DNA of 64,000 bases, taken from a virus. The position numbers and the translations under genes were made by a program. Shown piece by piece: positions 26,272 to 35,562 of this stretch. The notes beneath the pieces are model-generated. The model was not told the origin of the DNA and made no database searches. It saw nothing but the letters and a program-made list of their open reading frames with translations. The stretch spans positions 12,663-76,662 of the IMG/VR virus record IMGVR_UViG_3300044712_002706; one strand, written 5' to 3'. Within the stretch, counting starts at the first letter, position 1. The number at the start of each line of letters is the position of its first letter.

Positions 26272-27182
26272 CTTACCCCCCACAAACGATTGAGCGGAAA
26301 GCGCCGCCAGCGCCCTCCGCTCGGTTGGTCAGCACCGAGAAGCGCAGAACCACTATCATTGTAGCAGAAAGCTACCCAGGTTGTATGCCCGATTTATCTG
26401 AAACCGCCTACATCCCCGCTGACATGAACTGGCGTGTGTTGACGCCCAGCCAGGCAGCCCGCACGATTGCGGCAGCCAACGAGCATCTCAGCCCGGCGTT
26501 GATCGTGGTGCGCAGCTGGACGCCGAAGGGCAGCGAAGGCCGGCGTGGGTGGGGCTACCGCCACAATACGTTTGTGATGGTGGGCGGGAAGGCCAACCCG
26601 TTGAAGTTTCGCCGGTCTTATGGCGCTGGTGCTCCTGGGGAGCGGGTGGAAATCCGCCACAACGGGGGCTGCCAGGTGTGTGGTGAAATCCACGCCGATT
26701 ATGCGCTGACCTGGGCGCAGGCCCCGGACGGCTGGGTGCTGGCTTGCGGTGCTTGCGCGCAAGCAAACCTGCTGCACGTGCAGAACGTGGTCAGCCCGTT
26801 TTACTGGCAGGGCGTTGGGAAAAGCGGGATATCGTCGCTGTGCGAATATGCGGAACCAGCCTATGCCTACCGCATTTTTGTAGATTTGACCACCGGCGGC
26901 GACGTGGAAGTGGCCGGGTACGCTGAAACGCTCGAAGCGCAGGAAGCCATCGAAGACGGCATCACTGCGCTTCGAGCCTGGGTGCGGGAGCATTCACGGA
27001 TGCCATCGCTGGAGGAAGCGGCGGTCACGCTGGCCTTCGACAGTGGGGATCAGCACCCGGCGGCGGTGCTGCGCAGCGAAAAGAGACGGATAGGAAACGT
27101 CCTTTCACGCCTGGGGGAATTCGAGACGTTCAACGGCCTGATGGCATTTGTACGCCAGACGAAAAACGGGGGTGAGCGATGA
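26259..27182 (+). CDS. Hypothetical early protein with two CxxC pairs
   Basis: CQVCG and CGAC motifs; coupled to neighbours. Confidence 0.65.
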   Translation: MQPVTYPPQTIERKAPPAPSARLVSTEKRRTTIIVAESYPGCMPDLSETAYIPADMNWRVLTPSQAARTIAAANEHLSPALIVVRSWTPKGSEGRRGWGYRHNTFVMVGGKANPLKFRRSYGAGAPGERVEIRHNGGCQVCGEIHADYALTWAQAPDGWVLACGACAQANLLHVQNVVSPFYWQGVGKSGISSLCEYAEPAYAYRIFVDLTTGGDVEVAGYAETLEAQEAIEDGITALRAWVREHSRMPSLEEAAVTLAFDSGDQHPAAVLRSEKRRIGNVLSRLGEFETFNGLMAFVRQTKNGGER

Positions 27183-27394
27183 AGGACGATTTCAAACCGG
27201 TTGCTACGCTGCTGGCGTTTGTTGCCATCATCCTGATTGTGGCGATGATGCTCTCCTATGTCACACACATCCAGTCTGACAAAGGGTTTGTGACGGTTAC
27301 GGTGATGGTCGGCCAGCGTGTGGTTGGCGTCAAAAGCATTTGCCTGCCTGGGTGCGAACGTCCAACGGTGCCAGCGCGGGGGGTGGAGCGATGA
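27179..27394 (+). CDS. Small membrane protein
   Basis: ATGA overlaps at both ends; one TM segment. Confidence 0.55.
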   Translation: MKDDFKPVATLLAFVAIILIVAMMLSYVTHIQSDKGFVTVTVMVGQRVVGVKSICLPGCERPTVPARGVER

Positions 27395-27798
27395 ACGGCC
27401 AGCCCAAGAAAATCACCCGTATTGACCTGGTGAACTTACCCCACAAACAGGGCACGTTGGTCGAGAAATTCCAGGACGGCTGGACGGCCAGTAGCCGGGC
27501 GGTGATCACCACCACCAACAAAGAGATGACCTTTGCCGAAATCGTCGAGTGGTTGAAGGCCAACGAATGGCTGGTCTACGAATGGCCGGCCTGCCCGGAA
27601 CTTGGCATCGAGCAAGGGGCGCGGGCATTCCGTGGCAAGCCCTTGCCGGTGCGTACCAAGAACACGCTGATTTGGTATCGTAATTTACTTGGAGAGCGTT
27701 TCGACCGGGCGATGAAAGACCGCCGCGACCCCTACACGGGCCAACTCATCCCGCTGCCAATCAATCTCTCAACGATTGACCTGGCGTTATATTTGTAA
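27391..27798 (+). CDS. Hypothetical protein
   Basis: GGAG RBS; ATGA overlap. Confidence 0.6.
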   Translation: MNGQPKKITRIDLVNLPHKQGTLVEKFQDGWTASSRAVITTTNKEMTFAEIVEWLKANEWLVYEWPACPELGIEQGARAFRGKPLPVRTKNTLIWYRNLLGERFDRAMKDRRDPYTGQLIPLPINLSTIDLALYL

Positions 27799-27858
27799 AG
27801 TTTTATGCCGGTGGCATCCTGGCAAGGCCGCCAGGATGCCACCGGCAGGAGGAACATC

Positions 27859-28665
27859 ATGGACGAAAAGTTGTTAGCTGAAATTCTGGCGCAGATGGTG
27901 CGGATTGCCGACTCGCTCGACATCATCGCCCGGGCTGGTGCTCCGCAAGAGCCGAACTACATCAAGCCGATTGGCGAGTATGTTGGGTTCGATTGGGCGA
28001 CGATTGGGGCCACGGTGGTGAACAGCGACAATGACGGCCCGACGCACCTGGAATGGGGTGGGTTCATTTGGACCCGCCGAAGCCCGTCGAACAAGTTTGC
28101 TCCGGCCATCTGGTACAGCCGGGCGAGCGGGAAGGATGAAGAAGGGAACAACAACTACCTGAAGCTGATCACCTTTAAGACGATCAACGACGCCGACCCT
28201 ATCCCTGGCAAAGTGGCGGCGGCCATTCCGCCGGCAGCAGCTCCGAAATTGCCGGTAGGGGGCCTTTCTCAGCCTGTTGGCGATGGTGCTGATAAAAAAC
28301 CTTATCGAAACCATGAAAACACTACTTCAGCCAAGCCCCCCTCCCCCACCGGCCAGACGCCGCCATCAAATGGAAATGGCGAACCCAAGGCGGGTGAATT
28401 TGTGGGAACGCAAACCTACTACACGCTTGGAAGTGGTCGAAAGTGGAACCTTTCGCGTGAGTGGCTGGTTGAGATCGCTACCCTGGCTGGTATCAACACG
28501 CGTGTCGCCAAGCCGGATTTTTCAAAAGCATTTGCCTGGCTGCCCTACTTTGCTGAGGGGAAAGCGGGCGGCAAAGGACTGGCAGATTTGAAGGCGATTT
28601 TACAGCAGTGCAACATGGACGTGCATCAGGCTATCTCGATGATGCGTGAGCAGGTGCGGCCATGA
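27859..28665 (+). CDS. DdrB-like single-stranded DNA binding/annealing protein
   Basis: FDWATIGA, AIWYSRASG and YLKLITF resemble, from memory, Deinococcus DdrB motifs (FDWSLIGA, AIKYSRGA, YVSLAIF); AGGAGG RBS. Confidence 0.65.
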   Translation: MDEKLLAEILAQMVRIADSLDIIARAGAPQEPNYIKPIGEYVGFDWATIGATVVNSDNDGPTHLEWGGFIWTRRSPSNKFAPAIWYSRASGKDEEGNNNYLKLITFKTINDADPIPGKVAAAIPPAAAPKLPVGGLSQPVGDGADKKPYRNHENTTSAKPPSPTGQTPPSNGNGEPKAGEFVGTQTYYTLGSGRKWNLSREWLVEIATLAGINTRVAKPDFSKAFAWLPYFAEGKAGGKGLADLKAILQQCNMDVHQAISMMREQVRP

Positions 28666-29372
28666 AGTTCCCAGGCGAATCCCCCGCCCTCCGCCACCAG
28701 GCGGAGGGCTACCCGGCGCAGTGGGCCGGGCGTGTGCCCTTGCGGGTGCGGATGGTCAAAACAGCAACGGCGTGTTATCCATTCGGCATCCTCGACCGGG
28801 CTGAAGCATTGAAAGGCAAAGAATACGACGTGTACGTCAACAGCTACGGGGCTGCCAGCGCCATCGTCGGGCCTGATTCGCTGCTGGGCATCAAGCCGGA
28901 TGAGTTCGAGATCGTTGCCTGGCATGAGCACATCCCCGATGATGACCACGGCATGACGGCGGAGGAGTTCAACGCCCGCTACCCGGTCGGCACGCCGGTG
29001 CGTTATTTTCCGGTGTTTGGCGAGCCATTCAACGAAATGACGAGAACCCGCACGCCGGCGTGGGTGCTTGGTAATGGTTCGCCGGTGGTGAGTTTGTGTG
29101 GGCGAGCTGGCGGGGTTGCGCTGCGCAACCTGGACGTGATCCAGGGGGAAGAACCGGCGCTGGCCGTGATGAGCAAGGATGACCAGATCGCCAACCTGGT
29201 GGACGTGCTTTTCGAGACGATCAGCCAGGCGTGCGAGATTGAAAACGGTGGCCTATTCGACAGCATGGCGCTCAGCGCTTACGCATCGGCGATGCGCCTA
29301 CTGGCCGATTATGGCAAGATGGAAATCGTCGAGGAAGCTGGCCGGCGGGTTGTGGCACGGAGGACGAAATGA
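28662..29372 (+). CDS. Hypothetical mosaic phage protein
   Basis: ATGA-coupled; contains FNARYPVGTPVRY segment. Confidence 0.6.
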   Translation: MKFPGESPALRHQAEGYPAQWAGRVPLRVRMVKTATACYPFGILDRAEALKGKEYDVYVNSYGAASAIVGPDSLLGIKPDEFEIVAWHEHIPDDDHGMTAEEFNARYPVGTPVRYFPVFGEPFNEMTRTRTPAWVLGNGSPVVSLCGRAGGVALRNLDVIQGEEPALAVMSKDDQIANLVDVLFETISQACEIENGGLFDSMALSAYASAMRLLADYGKMEIVEEAGRRVVARRTK

Positions 29373-29632
29373 GCGAATTGCGTGAAACCTACTCCATTCC
29401 GACTCGAGCGAAGAGCGCCCACCCGAAGCGGGTTGTCATTCGCCCATGCAGATACCCAAACCCTGACAGCTACTACGTCATCAATATTAATCGCCCGCAC
29501 CGCAAGGACTACCGCTGCGAGTATCACCGGCAAGATCGCCAGGTCAATCGGATCATTGACCTGGTGGGGCGTGAAAAGTTCTTTTTTGAGTTAGACGGTG
29601 GAGAAATCGAACTGTCTACACTGGAGTTGTAA
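29369..29632 (+). CDS. Hypothetical protein
   Basis: Translationally coupled ORF. Confidence 0.55.
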   Translation: MSELRETYSIPTRAKSAHPKRVVIRPCRYPNPDSYYVININRPHRKDYRCEYHRQDRQVNRIIDLVGREKFFFELDGGEIELSTLEL

Positions 29633-30345
29633 TGACTATCAAACGTTTATTTTTCGACATTGAGACGGTCGCCAACCCGGAGATGGTAGCGCTGCTGCCA
29701 GAGCCGAAGGCCCCGGCGACCTACAAAGACCCCGAAAAGATCGCCGCTTACGTGGCCGAGAAGAAAGCCCAGCAGCTGGCCGAAGCCGCCCTCGACCCGG
29801 ATACGGGAAGCGTGGCGGCCATCGGTTGGATGGAGATGGGCGGCGAAGACGGGCTGGAATCGCCAAAGAGTCTGAACCGCAAGGCCCCGCGGCGGAAGGT
29901 CGAGCCGCAGGCCGAGATCATCCTGCCGGCCAGTGATGCGAAACTTTCTCCGGTGAACGATGAACGCTGTGTGCTCAGCCGCTTTTGGGATCGCTTTTCT
30001 GATAATAACGGCAACGTGATCGGCTACAACCTGCTGGGCTTCGACATCCCCTACCTGATGCGGCGCTCGATGGCGCTGGGGCTGAAGCTGCCGATGATCC
30101 CCTTCATGTCCCGCTACCGGGTGGAGCCGGTGACTGACTTGTACGCCATTCTGTACAACTGGGGGCCAGGCAAGGGGCTGAAGACGGTGTGCAAGATGTA
30201 CGGCATCCCAAACCCGCTGCCGGAAGTGGATGGCAGCCAGGTGGCCGGGATGGACGCGGCGATGCTGCGCCAGTACGTGTGCAGCGACGTGCTGCTGACG
30301 GCGGCGCTGTTCAGCAAGATGAACGGGATTTACTTCTCGCTCTAA
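29632..30345 (+). CDS. PolB/DnaQ-type 3'-5' exonuclease
   Basis: Exo I FFDIET, Exo II GYNLLGFDIPYL, Exo III YVCSDV. Confidence 0.85.
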   Translation: MTIKRLFFDIETVANPEMVALLPEPKAPATYKDPEKIAAYVAEKKAQQLAEAALDPDTGSVAAIGWMEMGGEDGLESPKSLNRKAPRRKVEPQAEIILPASDAKLSPVNDERCVLSRFWDRFSDNNGNVIGYNLLGFDIPYLMRRSMALGLKLPMIPFMSRYRVEPVTDLYAILYNWGPGKGLKTVCKMYGIPNPLPEVDGSQVAGMDAAMLRQYVCSDVLLTAALFSKMNGIYFSL

Positions 30346-30370
30346 AAACAAATTTTGTTGGGAGGTTTGT

Positions 30371-30832
30371 ATGGATCAGAATCAGAATGCAGTTTTGTTT
30401 GTTGGATATCTCACGCTCGAGGAGTGGCTTCGGGCAGTGGATAAGAAGCGCCCGGTGTTTGCCGTGATGACGGCAACCGATGAAACGATGAGCTACATCG
30501 TGCGACGTGAGATAGTCATTGAAGTGGCGCAACCGGAGAACGTCCAGGCTATGGTGCATTACTGCCGCATTCTTGCCGGGCGCATGTCGTTTATGGGCGA
30601 CTCCCCCGTCGAGAGCGATCACCCTGTGCGCACCGAGCGAGCACAGGGTTTGATGCGCATCATCGAGACCTGGCTGGAAGAGAAGGGGTTGACGGTGCTG
30701 CACGGGGCAATTGCCACGCCAATTGGGATGCAGTTCGTGAAAGGTTGGGCGGATTTCGTAACACTCGACAAGGCCACGCAAATGTTTGTATGGCCGGCGC
30801 ATGATGCGCAGGAGGCTCTTGACAAATCATAG
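30371..30832 (+). CDS. Hypothetical protein
   Basis: GGAGG RBS. Confidence 0.65.
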   Translation: MDQNQNAVLFVGYLTLEEWLRAVDKKRPVFAVMTATDETMSYIVRREIVIEVAQPENVQAMVHYCRILAGRMSFMGDSPVESDHPVRTERAQGLMRIIETWLEEKGLTVLHGAIATPIGMQFVKGWADFVTLDKATQMFVWPAHDAQEALDKS

Positions 30833-30938
30833 ACCGTTTGTGCTATAATGACAGCGGCGACATGTTCTCCCTGTTTTCCACTTGTTCTCCCTCCTTAGAA
30901 GACTTTCCCCGGTTCCCCTCGCCGGGGAAAGCGCTTTA
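30830..30938 (+). ncRNA. Putative small RNA 1 with its promoter (CU-rich)
   Basis: TAGACCGnnTGTGCTATAAT; two TGTTCTCCCT repeats; hairpin with TTCCCCTCG loop. Confidence 0.55.
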
Positions 30939-30953
30939 AGACAGCTTTATAAG

Positions 30954-31090
30954 TAGACCGAGTGTGCTATAATATGCGTGCCCGTTGGCAGGTTGCCCCC
31001 CTCAATCTGCGACGGGCCTCCCTTCAATACCCATATTTTAAAATTTTATTGGTAAACCCGGCCCGCTGACGAGCGGGCCGGTGCGGTTTA
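30954..31090 (+). ncRNA. Putative small RNA 2 with its promoter (C-rich loop)
   Basis: Second TAGACCGnnTGTGCTATAAT; GCCCGT..ACGGGC hairpin with C-run loop; terminal GC hairpin. Confidence 0.55.
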
Positions 31091-31094
31091 TGAA

Positions 31095-31535
31095 CTATGG
31101 ACAAAGTTTATACTCGTTCCATTCGAGTTTCTTGATAGCGGGGTCGTCAGAAAGAACATAAAAAGTTCCAGAAGATACAATAGAATCCCGATCTTTCCAC
31201 CCTGTTGTTCCGTCTGGGTACTTCACCTTTAAGCCTTTTCCGCTGGGCATGGATGGGCAGTCGCTGGAGCCGCCCAATATCTCGAAAGCGTAGGTTTTTT
31301 CTTCTCCTCCCCCATAGTAAATCTTTACGCCAGCGTAGACTTTCGCAAGTGGAGATGAGTATTTTTCCGCCGTTTTTGTTGCTTCTTCTGTTGGGTGTGG
31401 CGATGATGGTGCAGAAGAGTCCCGTGGCTGAAGTACAAAATAAGCAATGATGATCGCCGCAATCGAAGCGAAAAAAGTGTACTTGAGACACGAGTTTCCC
31501 TGTCGTCTCTGTTGGTGTTCTCCGAACGTTGTCAT
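31095..31535 (-). CDS. Membrane-anchored hypothetical protein (moron)
   Basis: AAGGAG RBS, own TATAAT, one TM segment, low GC. Confidence 0.65.
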   Translation of the reverse strand: MTTFGEHQQRRQGNSCLKYTFFASIAAIIIAYFVLQPRDSSAPSSPHPTEEATKTAEKYSSPLAKVYAGVKIYYGGGEEKTYAFEILGGSSDCPSMPSGKGLKVKYPDGTTGWKDRDSIVSSGTFYVLSDDPAIKKLEWNEYKLCP

Positions 31536-31595
31536 GATTGGCTCCTTTTTGATAGATATATGGATATGTTGTCCCATGTGTAAATTATATCCCCG

Positions 31596-31615
31596 AGTGC
31601 TTGCGCGCAAGCACT
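31596..31615. promoter_or_regulatory. 20-bp palindrome AGTGCTTGCGCGCAAGCACT (member of a dispersed motif family)
   Basis: 14-bp core also at 26751, 35944 and 58220. Confidence 0.7.
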
Positions 31616-31659
31616 ACCAGCAAATATGCAGTACAATTGTTCTGCAAAGGGTCTGATGT

Positions 31660-31869
31660 ATGACAAACAGTCCGGCTGCGGAACAATTGAGCGAGCGGGA
31701 AATGATACAGGTTGCGAATAGCCTCGTGGCGCACATCGGCACGAAGCGGTTTATCTTACTGGCCCAACTATTAGAAGACGTGAAGAAAGATACCCGGTAT
31801 GGCCACATTTCTATTGTGGTGGTAGACGGCCGGGTGCGGGGGATGAAGGCGGAGAAGAGCTATGAATAG
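31660..31869 (+). CDS. DUF2292/YezD-like small protein, candidate late antiterminator
   Basis: RYGHISIVVVDGRVRGMKAEKS resembles the DUF2292 pattern; immediately upstream of the conserved attenuator. Confidence 0.6.
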   Translation: MTNSPAAEQLSEREMIQVANSLVAHIGTKRFILLAQLLEDVKKDTRYGHISIVVVDGRVRGMKAEKSYE

Positions 31870-31882
31870 TACCAAAATCCTG

Positions 31883-31981
31883 TATAATTAATTTAAGCCT
31901 ACGCCGTAGGCCTTGACCCTAGAGCACTGGGTATCCAGCGGGGTCGTTTGCAGTTTATTCTGCAAACGACCCCGCTTTTTT
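31883..31981 (+). promoter_or_regulatory. Late promoter plus antiterminator/terminator leader, copy 1
   Basis: TATAAT, GCCTAC/GTAGGC hairpin, 32-nt core identical to copy 2, terminator followed by T run. Confidence 0.85.
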
Positions 31982-32003
31982 GTTGTTTTGCTTAGGAGGC
32001 AAT

Positions 32004-32471
32004 ATGAAAAACAATCGTGTGATCAACCTGGTTTTATCGGCCCTGATGCTGGTGGCGCTGATTTTCGTGTCTGCGCACCCGGCCAGTGCCCAAGCTCAAA
32101 CACCACCGGCGTCTGTGGATGCGTGGCTTGCGTTCGGCAAGGAAATTGCCACGCGGGGGGCGTGGTTGGGCCTGATCATCCTGCTCGACCTGATCTTGGG
32201 CGTCACCGTGGCGGTCAAGAATAAGACATTTCAATGGCAGAAGCTGGCGGACTTCCTCGGCGATTATGGGCCGAAGGTGGTGGGCTGGCTGTGTCTGGAA
32301 GTGTTACGGATGCTGCCGACGGATGTTGCTGCCGTCGCCGGCGTCGTGGGTACATTGGGCGTTGGCGCGTATGCCATCATTGTAGTAGCGGCTGTGGGCA
32401 GCGTGCTCAGCAGTGCCCAGGGCCTGGGGATAGTTCCGGCCAATGCGCCGGGGGTTTCGGCGAAGGGCTAA
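32004..32471 (+). CDS. Holin-like membrane protein
   Basis: AGGAGG RBS; several TM segments; LLDLILGV..A.K...F...KLADFL; precedes the endolysin. Confidence 0.65.
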   Translation: MKNNRVINLVLSALMLVALIFVSAHPASAQAQTPPASVDAWLAFGKEIATRGAWLGLIILLDLILGVTVAVKNKTFQWQKLADFLGDYGPKVVGWLCLEVLRMLPTDVAAVAGVVGTLGVGAYAIIVVAAVGSVLSSAQGLGIVPANAPGVSAKG

Positions 32472-32503
32472 TATCTTCTCGGACAAATGCAAGATAGCAC
32501 AAC

Positions 32504-32968
32504 ATGGAAGCACTGTACACCTTCGCACTCGCCCTAATCCCCGCCCTGATTGCCTATCTCGCCAGTCGAGCCAGGAACCGTTCTGACGCCGCCGAAATCA
32601 TCACCCGGGCGGCGGCGCAGGCGGTGAAACTGACCGAGGAGCTGCTCGAGGATGCTAACCAAACGATAGAAAAGCTAAAGACGGATTACGGTAAATTGCA
32701 GGAGGATTACAGCGAGCTGAAGTGCCTGTATCACCAGCAAGTGGACGTAAACCGAGACCTGCGTGAGCGCGATGCCCAGCGAGAACTCGAACTCGCCAAA
32801 CTGAAAGAGCAATACGAGAGCCAGATATTTGTCAATCACGAACTATCCAAGCGCAACAAGGCGAACGAGCGCGAACTCTCGCAGCTGAGGCAGAAGATAT
32901 TCGACATCGAGAGAAAGACCGGCCCCTTGAGCGATAGAGAGAAAGGGAGACAAGCCGTAAGTCAGTAA
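32504..32968 (+). CDS. TM plus coiled-coil lysis-region protein
   Basis: N-terminal TM segment and long heptad region. Confidence 0.65.
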   Translation: MEALYTFALALIPALIAYLASRARNRSDAAEIITRAAAQAVKLTEELLEDANQTIEKLKTDYGKLQEDYSELKCLYHQQVDVNRDLRERDAQRELELAKLKEQYESQIFVNHELSKRNKANERELSQLRQKIFDIERKTGPLSDREKGRQAVSQ

Positions 32969-32979
32969 CGGCGGAAATC

Positions 32980-34083
32980 ATGATCAACGGCAAAGGCATA
33001 TACATCTGGTATCTCAACCGCGGCGACGGAAACGGCTGCATTGCCGGCAATCTGCGCCTGTTGGTGTGGCTGCTGAAGGTAAACGGCTTCGGCCACATCC
33101 TGGTCAAGATCGCCGACGGCAGCGCCGTCATTCCTGGCGATGTTGGCCAACTGGTGCATCTCTGCCGGCAGGAAGGCATCCAGGTCTTCGGCTGGCAATA
33201 CATCTACACCGGGTCCAACAACGAGGCCGATGTCGCCATTCGCTTGTGCTTCGAGTACGGGCTGGATGGCTTCATCGTCAACGCCGAACGCCAGTTTGAC
33301 CGGGTTGGTATGGATTCCGCAGCCGCTAACTATATGGGCCGGCTGCGTTCCGCCCTGGGAGATGATTTCCCCATCGGCCTGAGTTCGTACCGTTATCCGT
33401 CCGTCCATGCCGAGTTCCCTTGGCTGGCCTTCCTGGAAAAGTGCGACCTGGTCATGCCGCAGGTGTATTGGATGCAAGATAATGCACCCAACGCCCCGCT
33501 ATACAACCTGGCCGCCACTTTCCGCGAACACAAGCAGTTGTATGGTGCGCTCGGCTTCGAGCGGCCCATCGTCTTCACCGGCGCATCGTTCAGTGAGCAT
33601 GGCTGGGTGGCGACGCCTGAGCAAGTGCGTGTGTTTCTGGATGCCGTATCAACGATGGCACGCAGCGATAACCTGGTCGTGGATGCGTGCAACACCTGGG
33701 AGATGTGGGAGGCGCTCACTGAGAACGCCGAGCTGTGGCCCGTCATCGCCCAATACCCCTGGAGGTACACCCCGATGAGCACATTCGACGAATGGGCCGA
33801 TATTGTTACCGACTCCCTGCGTTCGCAGGGCTTTCAAATCCCCAACCCGCCGGTGACACAGGTCGAGCCGCCCGGCACGTTCCGGGTGCGCTTCGACGGC
33901 ACCGTCAACCTGCGCAAGACACCCGGTGGAACCGACATCGGCGACGTGAAGGGCGTGGTGACCGTTTCTGAACTGACCCAGCAGGCCCTGTATGGTGGTC
34001 GCTGGTATGAGTGGGGGCAGGTTACCGAGCCGGAGCAGTGGAAAGATGGCTGGGTGGCGATTGATAACGGGGTGCGGTTATAG
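32980..34083 (+). CDS. Putative endolysin (glycoside-hydrolase-like barrel plus SH3-like domain)
   Basis: GKGIYIW, VKIADG, GWQYIY, IVNAE, MPQVYW; C-terminal NLRKTPG..GWVA. Confidence 0.7.
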   Translation: MINGKGIYIWYLNRGDGNGCIAGNLRLLVWLLKVNGFGHILVKIADGSAVIPGDVGQLVHLCRQEGIQVFGWQYIYTGSNNEADVAIRLCFEYGLDGFIVNAERQFDRVGMDSAAANYMGRLRSALGDDFPIGLSSYRYPSVHAEFPWLAFLEKCDLVMPQVYWMQDNAPNAPLYNLAATFREHKQLYGALGFERPIVFTGASFSEHGWVATPEQVRVFLDAVSTMARSDNLVVDACNTWEMWEALTENAELWPVIAQYPWRYTPMSTFDEWADIVTDSLRSQGFQIPNPPVTQVEPPGTFRVRFDGTVNLRKTPGGTDIGDVKGVVTVSELTQQALYGGRWYEWGQVTEPEQWKDGWVAIDNGVRL

Positions 34084-34088
34084 GTGAT

Positions 34089-34787
34089 ATGCACGATACG
34101 CAACCCTGGGAGCGATTACCCGATGAGCCTGGCCCGTGGTTTCAGCGGTTCGAGCGGTTTCGGATTATGGCCGACCGCTCTGTTTTGGCCGCCTTCAATC
34201 AGTGGCGTCTCGCGAAGTCTCGCGGAGTCTCGCGCTCTGCGCCGAGATCGTGGAGAAGTGCGGCGGCCCGCTGGAGATGGTACGAACGGGCCGAAGCGTG
34301 GGATCAGCACGTGGCCGAAGAAGCGGCGCTGCGGGCCGAGGCCGAACGGATGGCAATCTATCAGAGCGGATATGCCCAGCGGCATGAGCGTGTGCGCAAG
34401 CTCAATGCCCTGGCCGAACTTCTTTTTACGGAAGTTGAAGACGAAACCAAGCGCTGGCTTGACGATGTCAAATCCATTGGACGGGGCGATTTTGCGCACG
34501 AAGTTGACATTGTGCGCTTCAATGCGCCACTTATTGAGCAAGCCCGTAAGACCCTCGACGACCTGGCGCGGGAGATGGGCGACCGGGTTCAGCGTCAGGA
34601 GCATTCCGGCCAAATCTCCGTGCCCGTGTTGGGCGGCGGTGATGTGAGCGCGATGGATGACGGCCAATTACGCGGTGCGCTCGGTACTATCAGCCGGATC
34701 GCCGGGGCGCTTGCGGCAGGAACGAGCCTACCAGCAGGCGATCCAGGTGATTCGGAAAGCGATCCAACAGGCGAAGACGAGGAATGA
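34089..34787 (+). CDS. Terminase small subunit
   Basis: PWERLPDE..FERF..W...WRWYERAEAWD pattern; precedes the terminase ATPase. Confidence 0.7.
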   Translation: MHDTQPWERLPDEPGPWFQRFERFRIMADRSVLAAFNQWRLAKSRGVSRSAPRSWRSAAARWRWYERAEAWDQHVAEEAALRAEAERMAIYQSGYAQRHERVRKLNALAELLFTEVEDETKRWLDDVKSIGRGDFAHEVDIVRFNAPLIEQARKTLDDLAREMGDRVQRQEHSGQISVPVLGGGDVSAMDDGQLRGALGTISRIAGALAAGTSLPAGDPGDSESDPTGEDEE

Positions 34788-35562
34788 GCTAACGCCTGAG
34801 ATTGTAGCGGCGTATGCCGCCCTGCACCTTACCACAGACGACAACGTACCCATCGAGCCGGCAGCGCACCACATTTTGTGGCTGCGCCTGTTGTGTGACG
34901 AACGCATCAAGAAGCTGCTGATTATTGCCCCGCCAGAAAGCGCCAAAACGACCTGGTTGCAGGCTTATCTGGGCTGCCGGTTGGGGTTCTGGCCTGAGCA
35001 GAGCATCATCATCGGTTCGGTGAGTGGGCCGGTGGCTGAAAAACGCTCGCTGAGCTTGCGGGCTATGGTAGACAATGCCACCTGGCAGGCGACCTTTCCG
35101 GGCATCCTGCCGGTGAAAGCGGCAGAGGGCCTGACCTGGGCAACGACTGAATGGAGCATGGCCCCCGGGGGCCGCCCGAGGTCGGGGCGCATCCACCCCA
35201 GCATTGCCAGTTATGGCACGGGTGGCAGCGTGATCGGCAGCCGTGCCGACTTCGTTCTGGGTGACGATTTGCTCGATATGCGAAACAGCCGCACTGCCCA
35301 CCAGCGCGGACTGGTTGAAACCTGGTTTCACAGCTCGTTGCTGAGCCGACGCAAGAGCCGGGTTGGGCGGTCTGTGCTGATTGGAACGATGTGGCACCAC
35401 GACGACCTGTACGCCAAAGCGCGGCGGGATGGTTCGTGGGTGGTGTGCCACGTGCCGCTTTTATCAGATGGGCCGGACGTGTATGCAGAGTTGAGCTACC
35501 CAGATAGCTGGCGTTATGAGCGCCTGGGTGAGCCGATTTCTCGGGCGGTGTTGGATGGCTGA
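34657..35562 (+). CDS. Terminase large subunit, ATPase part
   Basis: APPESAKTT, GSRADFVLGDDLL, IGTMWHHDDL. Confidence 0.85.
   Translation: MTANYAVRSVLSAGSPGRLRQERAYQQAIQVIRKAIQQAKTRNELTPEIVAAYAALHLTTDDNVPIEPAAHHILWLRLLCDERIKKLLIIAPPESAKTTWLQAYLGCRLGFWPEQSIIIGSVSGPVAEKRSLSLRAMVDNATWQATFPGILPVKAAEGLTWATTEWSMAPGGRPRSGRIHPSIASYGTGGSVIGSRADFVLGDDLLDMRNSRTAHQRGLVETWFHSSLLSRRKSRVGRSVLIGTMWHHDDLYAKARRDGSWVVCHVPLLSDGPDVYAELSYPDSWRYERLGEPISRAVLDG

Noticed and set aside
31026..31034. sRNA2 ATACCCA as an antisense trigger for the late attenuator (TGGGTAT)
   Set aside because: Only 7 nt of complementarity, which is expected by chance.
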